Of a DNA stretch of 62,394 nucleotides, positions 1 to 12,869 are shown one piece after another (the first letter of the stretch is position 1; every line of letters begins with the position of its first letter). Source of the DNA: Octopus bimaculoides. Taxonomy: Eukaryota. The stretch lies in contig NC_068986.1 in assembly GCF_001194135.2 (NCBI RefSeq), positions 11,573,292 to 11,635,685 of the forward strand. Direction: 5' to 3'. The notes below the pieces were generated by a model. The model was not told the DNA's origin. It saw only the letters and a list, made by a program, of their open reading frames with translations, and searched no databases. Both the position numbers and the translations under genes were made by a program.

Positions 1-615
1 ATTTGAACACTGATGTGGAAGTTGCACTAGCTGCATCGGTCAACTGGTGGAGGGCCATGAATACCTAACAACATTCCAGATGTCAGGCACACAGTGTTGG
101 TATTTGCTTGACTGAGGACTGTAGCTCCGTCAAAGAAATAAGCTGTAGAGACCTACACCATTACAGTGATGTTTGTATGTGTCCATCTCTCTCTCTGTTC
201 TCATCTAACCTCACACAATCCCAACATGTGTCTAAAATGTTCCAGTTTCTTGCTTGTGCTAAAGAGTGTGGTTTGAAAAACACCTCTGAAGAAATCTGGC
301 CACTTTGCCTCAATTGAGACATAAACGGTTGCCAGTCATGAAGGCTTAGCTGCCCCTCCCAGTTTGCAGATCATTTTTACTTTAGGATTCAAACCTTTCT
401 GAAACAACACTATTATCTTGCCACCTGATCCAGATCAGTCGAAAGATACATACGCCTTGTAATCATCAAAAAGTTTTGTGAGTTTATCAGTGTTGGAAAT
501 TCTCGTCTTGCCAGTGGCTACTGGATCTTTATCTAGTGACCTGAGTTCATTGAGCTTCCAAGCTGACCTGGCCTCCAAGCCAACCCCAGGCTACATGCAT
601 TTATACTTCCTACTG
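1..615 (-). mobile_element. Degenerate Tx1/L1-like LINE, AP-endonuclease region
   Basis: Minus-strand translation gives decayed EN-like motifs in the expected order (SINACSLG ~LNVRGL; VATGKTR ~xQET; YVSF.SGSGG; VYVS...DFFR), with stops and frameshifts. Confidence 0.5.
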
Positions 616-895
616 TGAATATAGCTATGTTGGCCAGAGAAAAGAAATGAGGGAGGTCACTTATTCTGGTTGTGTAGAAGGATTGGTTATACAGTGGGAA
701 GGGATTATTCCTTGGAAACCCCTTTCAAGAGCTCTTGTCCACAGTGTCCTGGAAAATTCCCCTGTTTATCTGTGAAATTTCTTTTTCAATACAGTAAAAT
801 TCTGTTGACATTTTAATGTTTATTTGATATTGTCCTGTCAAAGCCCTCTCTTCTTTTTGTATTTTTTTTTTTTGGTCATTTTCTTTTGAAAGTGA

Positions 896-1175
896 AAGCA
901 TGTGGCCCAATGGTTTGAGTGTTGAATTCATGATCACAAGATCATGGTTTCAATTCCCAGACTAGGCAGTGTATTGTGTTCTTGAGCAAAACACTTCATT
1001 TCACGTTGCTCCAGTTCACTCAGCTGCAGAAATTAGCAACCCTGTAATATCTAGGAAGTTAACCCTGCAACGAACCAATGTTGTGTCCAGCAGGGAGTGT
1101 TGTCAGCTCAGTCATGGAAACTGGGGCAAGCTCTGGCCAAAATCCTGGGCTTCATCACAGACCGAAATCTAAGTC
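896..1175 (+). mobile_element. tRNA-headed SINE
   Basis: A-box TGGCCCAATGG, B-box GTTTCAATTCC, then CTTGAGCAAAACACTTCATTTCACGTTGCTCCAG, also seen at 6190-6250 and near 10970. Confidence 0.7.
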
Positions 1176-1263
1176 TTCTGAGAATTCCTCATTAATTATT
1201 CACCACTGTGAAGTTGCAGAGATGTTTCACAGTTTTGTTTTGTGAATTTGGCTGTTGGTTGCT

Positions 1264-1376
1264 CTTGTTGTTGTTGTTGTTGTTGTTGTTGTTGCTGTGT
1301 TTGTGTTTGTGTGGTGTTTTCTGGTTACTTCTGTTGTTGTGGTTATGACTTTGGTTGGTGGTGGTGGTGGTGGTGA
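1264..1376. repeat. (GTT)n and (GGT)n microsatellites
   Basis: Direct reading. Confidence 0.9.
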
Positions 1377-2347
1377 TGTATGTGCATCAAACCTTCCAGC
1401 TTGGGGCAGATTTTTTTATTTATTATTTATGTTTTTCCTTTGCCTCTGATTTTTTTTCTCTTCACCCATCAAAAATCTTTTATAACAGTTCTTTTGTCTC
1501 CACTTCATCACATGATCAGGTGGAGGCTGAAGGAGGCTGGAAGGCATGTGTATGTGTGTGTTTAAGAGAGAGTGTGTGTGTGTGTGTTTGAAGTTTGCTA
1601 GAGGGGTGTGGGTGCTGCTGGAAGGCTTTTGTGGTGGCAGGTTCTGTTGTCATTTCGAGTTTCAGTTGTTGTTGCCGTTGTTGTTGTTACTGTTAGTGGT
1701 GCTGTTGTTGTGGGTCAGTCTCCCTTCTCTTGTTCTCTGCCATTTTGGCAGCTCAGTCAGTTTGCGGATGTTTTTTCAAGCTTTTCCTGTCTCGGTTGGA
1801 TTAAGAGCTCCATTCATAACCTGTCTGACCGGTTCTTCTGACCCAACCTGTGTAATAACAATGATAATCATTTCATCTTCACAAACGTCATAGTGGTGGT
1901 GATGGTGGCGGTGATGGTGGTGGGTGTGTTGTTAACTGAAAGAAAAAGAGGTGTCCCTTATTGAAAGATGTGAGGAGGAGGCTTTCAGTAGCAACCTCCC
2001 TCCTTTCCTTGTCGCTTGTATTCCCTCCTTTTATACTCTCCTGTGACCCAGCTACCGAAATTGATGCCATGTATATAGTTTTTTTTTTTTTTTCAGACAA
2101 TTTTTTTTTCTTTTGCTCAGCTGCATGCCCCCTCACCAATGGGGGCAAGAAGCAAAAAAAAAAAATATGGTTTTCTTTGAATGTTTTGGTTTTCCCCACT
2201 CCCTCTTACTCCCCAGGATCCTGGATTCCACAACAAGATGAAAAAAACAGAAAAAAAATCATCAAAAAGCAAATCTCTATAAGAGCAAATTATTGTTCTC
2301 AACTTGAAGAGCCGAAGAATTAAGTGGCATACAACCCTTAAGCAGTA

Positions 2348-2390
<43 letters not shown>
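2348..2390. repeat. (AAT)n microsatellite
   Basis: Direct reading; a second tract lies at ~2698-2735. Confidence 0.95.
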
Positions 2391-2391
<1 letters not shown>

Positions 2392-2949
2392 TAATTTCTT
2401 TTATTTGGCACTAAGACAAAAGTTAAGGGACAACCACAAAGAGTTACATTAATTGTGGACATTTAATATCAGATGAAAAGAGAAAAAAAAATGAATGAAA
2501 TACCTGTAGTCATGGTATATGAATATGATAAAGCAATCCTCTTGATAGTGGATGACCTCTATCTAGGGTTAATCTGGGAAGCCCACAAATCTCAAGATCA
2601 CCCTGAGACCCAAAGGCAAGCACCCTCTCCAACCTATAGTTATAAGCTTAGAGTGGTTCTATTCACTCTTGTCATTTATGCCACTCACTCTCACCTAATA
2701 ATAATAGTAATAATGATAATAATAATAATAATAACAATTCCTTTTATTGTGTACAAGGGGCCAAGACATTGGGAACAAAAGCAAAACAAACAAGAAACAG
2801 AGGGGATTTATTCACATCAAGTAAAAGGGTGATGTATGAACAATGGTAATAATAAAATCACATAAACAAACAGATAACAGTAAATTGCAATAACTATACA
2901 GCAACATAACAGCCACATCGAAAGATTCAGGGACATTCTACATATAATG

Positions 2950-4715
2950 CCGAATTACCTCGACATATCTCCCAAGTCTTGTCACCAACCTACAACCATA
3001 TAGAATAGGCCTGTTTATGCCACACCAATTTCTCCTTCTTTACCCACCTTTCTTGAAATTTACTGAAGAGCAACACCTCTCTCTCTCTCTCTCTACCCTC
3101 TCCTTTCTCTTCAAATGGTCCATGAAGAAGTTGGTGAGAGTTTGTCTGGAGAGGAAAAACATCTTCATAAAACCTTTCAGCTGTGTTCACCATACAAGTT
3201 TCTTCAACGTAACCACCAAAAAGGAAAGTAACGTGTCAATCTTCACAATAGACTCAGCTGATAACTGGATCCATCCAATATATAATGGTTGTCCGACATG
3301 CACCCATTGCACAGATCCTGAACAAATGAATGTCTGATGATTTCATCAACCTATGCACATCACAAAGAGGTTTGGTTGTTGGCAGCTCAACAATCAAACC
3401 AGTAGAGATTATCCCAAGCAGACAAAGTCATCCTGTTGCAATATCAGGCCAAAAACATTTGGAAATTATTCATATTCTTCAGTCTGAATCTCTTCCTCAA
3501 GAGACTTCTCAGACTGTTCTCATTTATGCTCAGAATTTCTCCCTAGCTATCACCATACATACCCTCCATTAACCCTCTATAAAATGCCACAGTTGACGGT
3601 CCACTGACCACGTGCTCCAGCTAGTAGAGTGTGGTCGGTACCCAGCAACATTGCACATGCGAAATGTGCAGCCTTGGACTGCACTTGAACCAGGATCAAA
3701 GAGACAGGCTCTACCCTTTCCACAAGAAGTGAAAGAGCATACTGTCCAGTATAGTTACATGTTTCTTGAGACAACACATGAAAGTCAGATGGTAGAACAT
3801 CCCCACAATAATGGACTTGCGAGACACTTCCACCAAACCTTTCTCAGTTTAATATGGGCTTCTGGACCCAGTTGCAGAAACCAATGCTCAGCATGTATTT
3901 GTATTTCCATTGCCCATTAAGGAATTGCAAGCCTACCAACTTGTTCCAGTTAATGCATGCTTCCCTAATTTCCTGGGGCCACCCACCTCATAATTTTCAA
4001 TGTCTGACACTAATTATGGTGATGTCAGCATATGCAAGCATGACTTTGCTGTGTCTCATTTCAAGCAGGATGCTCTTCAAAATCTTCAACCTCTGTAACA
4101 ACAGCTTTAGCATAGAAACATGAAGAAGGGACAAGAGAGGATACCCTTGGCTAACTGAATGTGCCATGTGAAATGGTTCCTAAAGATAACCATTTTAGTC
4201 TGACCACCATTGAAATGCTGCCGTACATTGTAACTAAACAGCCTCTAAAGACAGCACTGGAAATAGTTTTGTTGAAATGCCATCTACTTTCAAACTGATC
4301 TAAACTGATCAAGGCCCCATCAAAGCCAGATCTAGTACTAACCTGTTCCTTGATTTATCACATAAAGTGGAGGAGGTCACAAATAGATTTAGCAGGGATT
4401 GCGCAAGTTTGTGCATCTCTGATTATATGACCCACAACAAGCACCAACCTTTTTGACGAGCACTTTTATACCCAAATCTCTAAATCTGTGTTATGGGCTT
4501 AAAATTCTCTATCATGTCCCCTTATTCAGGTGTATCATCATTCTGCAGAATTCTTACTCCTCAGCTCACACCAACTGGGAATGGTCCCATTCTCTCTTAC
4601 CAATTGCAATAGACAGATGTCAAGACAAAACGGGGTATGGCACAATAAACTTTATCAGGCAAACCATTAAATTCTTAACAGAATCAGTCTTTCGCAGCAT
4701 TCTGCATCTTCAGTC
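2950..4715 (-). mobile_element. Degenerate 5'-truncated Tx1/L1-like LINE ORF2 (RT and C-terminal region)
   Basis: Minus-strand motifs NGLPDKVY (~DGLPxEFY), KGDMIENFKPIT (~NWRPITL), ALISLDQ (~LINLDQSKAF), SVSQGYPL (~SVRQGCPL), AYADIT (~YADD), in the right order but broken by stops. Confidence 0.75.
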
Positions 4716-4720
4716 GAGAA

Positions 4721-4784
4721 TCATATCAAATCGTTGAGGTAGACGTCAGAATCCACTGTCTCCAGCCCGTCGCTCCTTGTTCGA
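4721..4784 (-). CDS. Candidate terminal coding exon (RTRSDGLETVDSDVYLNDLI*) of an unidentified gene
   Basis: T-rich acceptor TTTTTAATATACAG; CpG-rich island in AT-rich flank; phase-2 compatible with candidate exon 5197-5176. Confidence 0.3.
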
Positions 4785-5175
4785 CTGTATATTAAAAATT
4801 AATGATTTTTTTTTATAACAAAAAACAAAAAAAAGTGAAAAAAATTGTTATTATTCATGGATATTGTGTATATAATATTATATATAATATAATATAAAGA
4901 CAACAACAAAAAAAAAAAAGAAATATGATGTTGAAATTGTCAATCTATTTAGTATTTATACATATAAATACTTTGGTATGCCTGTGTGTGTGAATTATAT
5001 ATGTATATATGTGTGTGTATATACATATGTATGTATGCATGTATATATATATATATATATATATACATATGTGTACACATCCATGTATGTATATATATTT
5101 ATATATACGTATACATAAGGTCACACAAGAAACAATGTTGTTAAACCTGTTACCGTGTTACTGTTTCTGTCTCAC

Positions 5176-5197
5176 CTTCGTCGTTGTACATATTTGA
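5176..5197 (-). CDS. Candidate 22-nt exon (KYVQRR)
   Basis: Acceptor TAATTTATAG, donor AAG|GTGAGA; very short, so weak. Confidence 0.25.
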
Positions 5198-5757
5198 CTA
5201 TAAATTATGTTCAGAAATGTTTACATCATTTAAGACACTAATACTGCCTTTGCATGACCATTATCATCATCATCATCATCATCATCATCCCCATCATCAT
5301 CATCATCTTCATCAGCGGCGGCGTTATATCTCCATCATTCACCACCAATTCTCCAAACTTTATATTTTTGTTACTGCCCCTCCCCGCCCCTCATGTTTTC
5401 CTGTCCTCCAACTCCCACCTCTTAAATTTGTTACACTCTTTTTTAACCTCCCCTTCCTCCTCCTACTACTTTTAAACGTCCCTTTCTCTTCCCCTCTCAC
5501 TACTTTTGCACTTTACTACTACTTCCATTCTTCATCTCCTACCACTCCTCTATCCTTATTACTCACCCTATTACTCTTATCCTCTCCTACCCCTTCCCTT
5601 TGTTTCCTCCCACTAATCCTCCACTTCATTTACATCCTTTTCTCTTCTCACTCTCTTTCTCTCCTCTAACTGCTCCTCCTTTATTTTGTTACACCCCCCC
5701 AACACTTTCTACTTCCCTTCTCACCCGTCTTCTTAACCTTTAAATGTTTCTTACGCA

Positions 5758-5945
5758 GGCACAAGGCCCGAAATTTCAGTGAAGAAGGGCTTAGTTGATT
5801 TAAACTAAACTCGGTACTTGACTGCTTCTTTATTTCATCAACCCAAAAATAAATGAAGGGCAGAGTTTGCTTCAGCAGGATTTGAACTCATAATATAGAG
5901 CCAGAACATACAGACATTTTGTCCAACACTCTGACAATTCAACTA
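5758..5945 (-). mobile_element. tRNA-derived SINE, family D (degenerate)
   Basis: GGCACAAGGCCCGAAATT...GGATTTGAACTCA matches copies at 28850-29335. Confidence 0.7.
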
Positions 5946-6119
5946 GTATTTTGTTGTATCTTGGGAGTATCATTATGCCAATAATAAACACATGCCTTGG
6001 TTGTAATTCACTTCTTTATTATATATTTGTTAATTGGTTTAACTAGTTAACCAATTAAGTAATTGATTGTTTGATTAATTGTTCAGCCAATCATTCAGTC
6101 AGTTAAGCTAGTCAATGTG

Positions 6120-6440
6120 ATGACACCTGGCTTAGTGGTTAGGATATTCCGCTCCTGATTGTAAGGTCATGAGTTCAATTCCCAGCGGCGCATTCTGTCC
6201 TTGAGCAAGACACTTTATTTCACATTGCTCCAGTCCACTCGGCCGGCAAAAATGAGTTGCACCTGTATTTCAAAGGGCCAGCCTTGTCACACTCTGTGTC
6301 ATGCTGAATCTCCCAGAGAACTATGTCAAGGGTACATGTGTCTGTGGAGTGCTCAGCCACTTGTATGTTAATTTCATGACCAAGCTGTTGTATTCATTGG
6401 ATTAACTGGAACCTTTATCATCATGACCAATGGAGTGTGT
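6120..6440 (+). mobile_element. tRNA-headed SINE, family A body
   Basis: A/B boxes plus CCTGTATTTCAAAGGGCCAGCCTTGTCAC...GGAACC body shared with 13448-13812. Confidence 0.8.
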
Positions 6441-8214
6441 GCAAGTTAGTCATGTGATTTGTGACCTCATCAATGACTGCCCTCTCTACTCAAGGCCTCC
6501 TGGCAAAGGGTTATCCTTTTGAGTCTTTAAGGCTACTCTGACAAATGGAAAGAAGGGACAAAGTTATCCTCATATGGCCCAAATTGTGTGCAACAAAAGG
6601 GACCTGCTAAAGTCATCTAAAGACCAGATGAGGATTTTTAAATCGATCAATGAATTTTATCTACCAACTCGGAGGATTTAGTTAATCTCTTATCTTTCTG
6701 AACTTAAATACCGGTGGGAGTCAAATGTTTGCTTCATACTTGCCGTTTGATCAAAATAAGGAACCAGTCTTAGACTGAGATGTGATTTAATTGATTTCTG
6801 GTCATGTGTCTTTGTTACAAATCATTATACATTCCTCTCTTTCTCAGTTTTTTCTTGAATTTATCGCTTCCCTCCCTCTCTCCTCCCACTCTCTTTTGCT
6901 ACATATCCCTCTCTTTCCCCCTACAACTTTTTTCTTTCTAATTTTCTCATTTTTTTAATTATAATCTCTCTCCTTCTCTCTTCCTCCCTCTCACCCTCTT
7001 CCTTTCTCTCTCCACTCCACCCATCACCAACTTGGTTTATTGCTCCTCTCACTACACCCATGTTGCTTCTCTTCTCATTTCACATTTTTCCCATTTCGCC
7101 TCCTACTCCATCTTTTCTGTCTTCATCAGTCTTTCTTCACTCCCCTCTCTCTTCAATCACTCACTTTCCTCTTTTTATCACCGTTTCTTTCTCATCTTAT
7201 TTAAAACTTTTAAGCAATGCAGGTGAGAAGTTTAGCAAACTATGAAGACAAAGGCAAGATAGTGCATCACCCTACATAGGTTGTATAATGGTTCTATATA
7301 ATATTTTGGGAAAAGGTTCCCCTTGTCAAATATAAGATAGAAAATAATCCATGTGTTTGGAGAAAAAGTGTTAGCATAAGCTGGCCATTCTGGTATGTTG
7401 GATCATTTTCTATCTTATATGTGATAATAGCAGTATTAAACAACCAAGATAAGACATCATCTTGTTTTTGTCTTTATTTATTCGCATCACCTTACATATT
7501 TTGCCAAACTTTTCACCTGCAATGCTGAAAGGGTCTTCTTGAAAATCTTACAAATATTTATATCATTTACACATTGCAATGCTTCAAGTTAATTACAGTA
7601 CTCTCTTATTTAAAAACCACTTTTCCATCCTTATTTCTCTCTGTATATTCACCTTACTCTCTTTATATTCTCACCAACACCAGCTTTCTCAAGTCTTTTA
7701 CCTTTATTTTTCTCTTTCCTCTGGGATAGCAGGGTGGGGGGTGCAGGGTTATTGCTTCGTTCCATTCTCTGAATGAACATCACCGAATCTACATCTAACT
7801 AACTCCTAGCCCATTGATGGTTCCATTTTTTGCCATTTTCATCTCATTTTCCATCACCTTTCATCTCCGTGCCTCGTTATCATAACGAGGTCATTTTCAG
7901 AAAACGAGAGACAGTTCGTCAAATCCAGCAGCTCTCAACATTTCCTTGTTATTTTCTCAAAGAAATATTTAAAGAAAAAACAAACAAACTTGTTTCATAA
8001 TGAAGTATATTTTAATTATCATCATTTAACATATTTCTGTTTCATAAACAAAATGTTTCTTTTCTTTTCATTAAAAAAACAAAACCTTTTGTTATTTTTC
8101 AGTTAATTATATTTCTGTATGGTTTCTATTTCTACAGCTTTATCAATTAAAAGACACAGATGAGTGTGTATAAACGCATATGTGGGAGTGTGTGTATGTG
8201 CATGCAAGTTTGTG

Positions 8215-8218
<4 letters not shown>

Positions 8219-8300
<82 letters not shown>
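8219..8300. repeat. (TA)n microsatellite
   Basis: Direct reading; similar tracts at 14586-14682, 18276-18320, 24912-24993, 40475-40504. Confidence 0.95.
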
Positions 8301-8674
8301 GTTTACATTCTAGATAGGATCAACACAAAAAGTACTTCATCCAGTGAGAGACAAATATCATTTCATATACACAATTAAAAAACAAGCTGATAGTTTCATG
8401 CATTAAAGATACAATAAATTGGCAGATTTATATAACATGCCATGTATTTTAAAGCATAAAACTATTGCTAGCTCTTTTGTAATTTTGTTTATTAAATGAT
8501 ACATGTATATATTTTTCTAATGCTTTGTTGATTACAAAACAGATGTGTGTATAAATGTCTATGAATACACAACTATAGATGTGTGGGAGTGCATGTGTAT
8601 GCATAGAAGTATGTGTGTGTGTATTTCTACAGCTTTGTTGATTAAAAACACATACTTGTGTGTGTCATTTAATA

Positions 8675-8859
8675 CAGGGCTTAAATTCAAGCTACCATTT
8701 GTTTCATGCCTCTGAAAACTTGAGGATCAAACAAACTTGTATAGCATGATGTGTATTTCCAAGCAATCATTCAGACTATACTCAACACACTTTACAAACT
8801 TGTCTGAATGTCATATTTTCAGAGGCATGGAACTAATAGCAGCTCCAATTTAAGCCCTG
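8675..8859. mobile_element. Tc1/mariner-type MITE
   Basis: ~44-bp imperfect TIRs CAGGGCTTAAATT...TGCCTCTGAAAA / TTTTCAGAGGCA...AATTTAAGCCCTG; TA on the left flank. Confidence 0.75.
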
Positions 8860-9073
8860 TGTGCATTAAATGATATTTATCTCTCACTGGATACTTAATC
8901 CCACCAATATTGAAACAGTATGCTACATATAGATAGGTAGATATAGATAGATTTCTACATCTTTGTTAAAAAATTTGAATGTGTGTGAGTGCCTGTAGAT
9001 GTGTATGTGTGAGAGAGATTGTATAACTGTATGAACACATATGAATGTAGATGTATGTGTGTAAACGAACGTA

Positions 9074-9305
9074 TATCATCATCATCATCATCATCATCGT
9101 TTAACGTCCGCTTTCCATGCTAGCATGGGTTGGACGACTTGACTGAGGACTGGTGAAACCGGATGGCAACACCAGGCTCCAATCTAAATTTGGCAGAGTT
9201 TCAACAGCTGGATGCCCTTCCTAACGCCAACCACTCAGAGAGTGTAGTAGGTGCTTTTACGTGTCACCTGCACGAAGGCCAGTCAGGCGATACTGGCAAT
9301 GGCCG
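9074..9305 (-). mobile_element. RTE-LINE 3'-end derived short element (family C) with (GAT)n tail
   Basis: GTTGGCGTTAGGAAGGGCATCCAGCTG...AGCATGGAAAGCGGACGTTAAACGATGATGAT; many more copies, e.g. 25085-25250, 38870-39020, 42694-43124, 47570-47995, 52776-53100, 60722-61020. Confidence 0.85.
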
Positions 9306-9673
9306 TGTGTGTGTGCATATATACATCTTTGCCGATTAAAAACACTGACGTGTGTGTTTATAAATATATACAAATATACATGAATGTGGTTGTGTGTGTG
9401 CATGTGAATGTATGTTTTTATATATCGTGGTATTGACCAGATTTGGATGTTGTTACACATCACTGGTCACAATGTGCTTCACATTGCTTTAGCTTTCAAA
9501 TACACTCCCCTCTCCTTCCATTGGGAAGGCGAACAGGCCAGTATGCATTCCTCCTGATCAGAAGAACATTCTATCCCAGGGTTAACAGGAAATGGAGTGT
9601 TTTGCCCAAGAATACAGCATGCCATCTGACCTGGGAATTGGGCCCATGAGTGTAATACCCTAACCACTATATA

Positions 9674-10517
9674 CAGAGTGCGGTGAATAAACTGTCGTCT
9701 AAATTATGCAAAAATGAAAATAACACTGACATCTCATTTTAACAGATATATTTACCAAAATTGCATAAAAATATCTTGAAATATTAAAGAGTAAATTTAT
9801 TCAATAAAATCACCATTGGCTTCAACCATGGCTTCTGGATGACTTTGGAATCTCCTGCAACTCTTCTGGACGGTCTCCTTGTTTAAGTTGGTGAATGCTG
9901 CCATAATCCTTGCATTCTTTGGTGTTACAAGGAGTTTTGTTGGTTTCTCGCTCAACTGTGCCCCACACATAATAATCAAGGAAGTTGCAGTCTAGGGAGT
10001 TAGGTGGCCAGATGCTATGGGTGATGTGGTCGCAGAAATTGTCTGACAGCCATGAAGGATTTTCCTGCTTATGTGGCACAGTGCAGAGTCCTGTTGCCAG
10101 ACGTAGGGTCTTCCAGCAGCTGCCCTCTTGACCCAGGCACTTGATGTAGGCCTCTGTGTTGAGTCTGAGGCTATGTGGGAAGATGAATGTAGGCATAACA
10201 TTGCTATCACTAGTGATCACTCCAAACACTATAGTGTTTACTGGATGTTTGATTTTTATCATTCTCAGTACATGTACTCAGATTGACAACCAAACACTCT
10301 AAAATATTCATGTTAGAGCTTCCAATGCGAGTGCCAAGCAGTACAGCATGTCATTTCTAAATTTCTGGCAAAGTGAATTGCGTCATGGTGTTGTTTTTCT
10401 CACAAGCGGTGCCCAACTGACCCAACTATTCTGTGTAGTCGACAAAATCAAAAGCAAACAATGTGCATGTGCAAAATTAAAAATATAAAATGGCAGCAAT
10501 TTATCCATCGTACCCTG
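9674..10517 (-). mobile_element. Internally deleted Tc1/mariner-superfamily transposon (DD37D/maT-like)
   Basis: ORF 10262-9822 has HPVNTIVFG and WPPNSLDCNFLDYYVWG; another frame gives VWQQDSALCH; degenerate TIRs CAGAGTGCGGTGAATAAA / TTTATCCATCGTACCCTG with TA on both sides. Confidence 0.85.
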
Positions 10518-11959
10518 TATATAGTGTATTTACAGAGACAGGTATGACTGTGCAGTTAAGGGGTTTGGTTATCAAGCATGTGCTTCAGGGTTCTAGCCCA
10601 GTGTATAGTTTTGTCTGCCACAAGCAACCATGGGAAAGAAGTTTGTGTGTGTTTATGTTAATATTTGTGTTCTTTTGACTGACACAAGACAATCAATTAA
10701 AAACGTAAAATACACAAAGGTAAGTTAGACACTCAGTATGGAACAGGGCCAGAAGCAAAACAAATAGGTGTTGGGGTTGATGGGAACAATGAAAACTTTG
10801 AAGGTGCAGTGCCATAAAGCAGGGTTACAGGCTAGTGACTGCAATCAGTAGAAGGTAAAAGAATTTGTGTATAGAGAGAGTGAAGGGATGTGGCCCAGAG
10901 GTGATGGGGCTGCAATTGCAATCATGAGATTGTAGTTTCAATTCCTGGACCAGATGTTACATTGTTCTTGAGCAAAACTTGTCATCTTGAGTTGCTCTGC
11001 AATCGCTTCAACATGTGACATGTGGTACATTGCTCATCTGCATAATGTTGGTTTGACAGAAGGAATGAGTTAAGGTGCAGCACATGCATTTGATCCCTAA
11101 AAACAAATCTGTGCAGGTTGTTCTGCAAGGAATTACAGAGCCTTCATCTATTATCTACAACAGGAAAGTATATACACACACACACATATATATATACTCT
11201 TACATATACACTATAGGTGCAGGTATGGGTTTGTAGTTTAGAAGTTTGCTTCCCAACCACATGGTCCTGGATTCAATCCCACTCCATGGCACCTTGGGCT
11301 AGTATCGTCTACTATAGTGCCAGGCCAACGAAAGCCTTGTGAGTGGATTTGGTAGATGGAAACTGAAAGAAGCCCATCGTATATATGTGTGTGAGTATGT
11401 TTGTATCTCCTTGTCTTGATATTGTGTGATAGTTATAAATGTGCCTTGTTGTCTTACAAGCAATGTAGGCAGAGAATGAAGAAACCCATCATATATATAG
11501 AATTAATCCATGATGAACAAAGTTCCTTGCAACGATTCCAGGTCTAATGCAGGGGAGACAACAATTAAGATTTCCTTATAAGTTACCTCCTATGAACTGT
11601 ATATTTATTCACTCAGAGATCCCATAGAGATTTGTGTAACCTTGTGTATTCTCATCCAAAATGGAGATGTGTACCAATGTTCCTATGTGGCAGTTGTGAT
11701 AATTGTTAAGAGATTTTTCTTTACATGAAGTGATATGGTAGCTATATTAACCCACAAAGAATATATATCACTTGACACTTGGTGTGTTTATGTCCTTGTA
11801 ACTTAGCAGTTTGGCAAAAGAGACCGATAGAATGAGTACTAGGCTTACAAAAAATAAGTCCTGGGGTTGATTTGCTTGACTAAAGGTGGTGCTCCAGCAT
11901 GGCCACAGTCAAATGACGGAAACAAATAAAAGAGTAAAAGAATATATAGCAAAAATGAC

Positions 11960-12220
11960 AAAACGACACTAAAGACAGAGTTGATGTGTGTGTGAACACT
12001 TGCCTTGACATCACATGATGGTTGTAAACAAGCGTCACTGATATACAGGCAGGGTTTGTTTCCAGTCTTCTGTGAAAAAAACACCTGGCCATGGGGAATA
12101 TTACTTTATTTGAAATGGGTGAGGGTTGGTGGAAGCAAGAGTATCCAGTTGCAGAAAATCCACCTGAACAAACTCCATCAAACCCACGCAAACCTGGTAA
12201 AGTGGACATCAAACAATGAT
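11960..12220 (-). mobile_element. Short interspersed element, family E
   Basis: CATGGCCAG...GAAGACTGGAAAC...GTCAAGAC motif recurs at 14140-14400, 39050-39430, 48740-48990, 56020-56230, 61670-61870. Confidence 0.7.
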
Positions 12221-12402
12221 GATGATGGGGTGTATGTGTGTGTGCATATGGTTTGGTTGGCAATACTGGAGAGACCAGTAAGTTAAGCACTCGTTCTACT
12301 GTGCCTGGCCTCAGGGATGCCAGATATTGGTTAAGTATAACCATACATATTTGCTTTATGGTCCCTTCCTCCAGATTTTCTGTAGGGGTCTGCTCTCTTA
12401 GT

Positions 12403-12435
<33 letters not shown>

Positions 12436-12679
12436 GCTCACTAATTTACCCCATAAGGTAGAGAAGGGGTTTTTTTGTTATAGTGGACATGGTTTGTGCA
12501 GAACTAATCTCACTTTTGCATCCTTCAACTTGTATTGGTCCGGTGCAACAAGTACCACAAACCCAGTAGTTATCAGGATGTAGGATTTGTATGGAGTTAC
12601 CTTTTCTTTGGTGAGCAGCTAAAGAGCTTGAGGGCCTCATCTACCCTGGGTCTGTTGGAAGTATCTGTGAGGGACCTTC

Positions 12680-12800
12680 ATGCTAATTCCAGCTCCTGTC
12701 CTTCCAGGCAAAGAACTCTTTCACTAAAGTCTCCACCTCTTCATGGTTGATGAAGCATCTTGAGTGCAGGAAGTGAGCCATGAATTGAAACAAATAATAA
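12680..12800 (-). mobile_element. Mariner transposase C-terminal fragment
   Basis: MAHFLHSRCFINHEEVETLVKEFFAWKDRSW resembles the mariner C-terminus. Confidence 0.7.
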
Positions 12801-12869
12801 ACCCTTGGGGGATATTTTTCTGGAACCCTAACGTGCAATAAAGCAGGGGTTAAGTAAGGGTCAGCTTCT

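Noticed and set aside
12446-12640. 64-aa minus ORF with HPDNYWVCGTCC
   Set aside because: No acceptor; preceded by a donor-like site and mariner debris; the plus-strand AG..GT interval has stops in all frames
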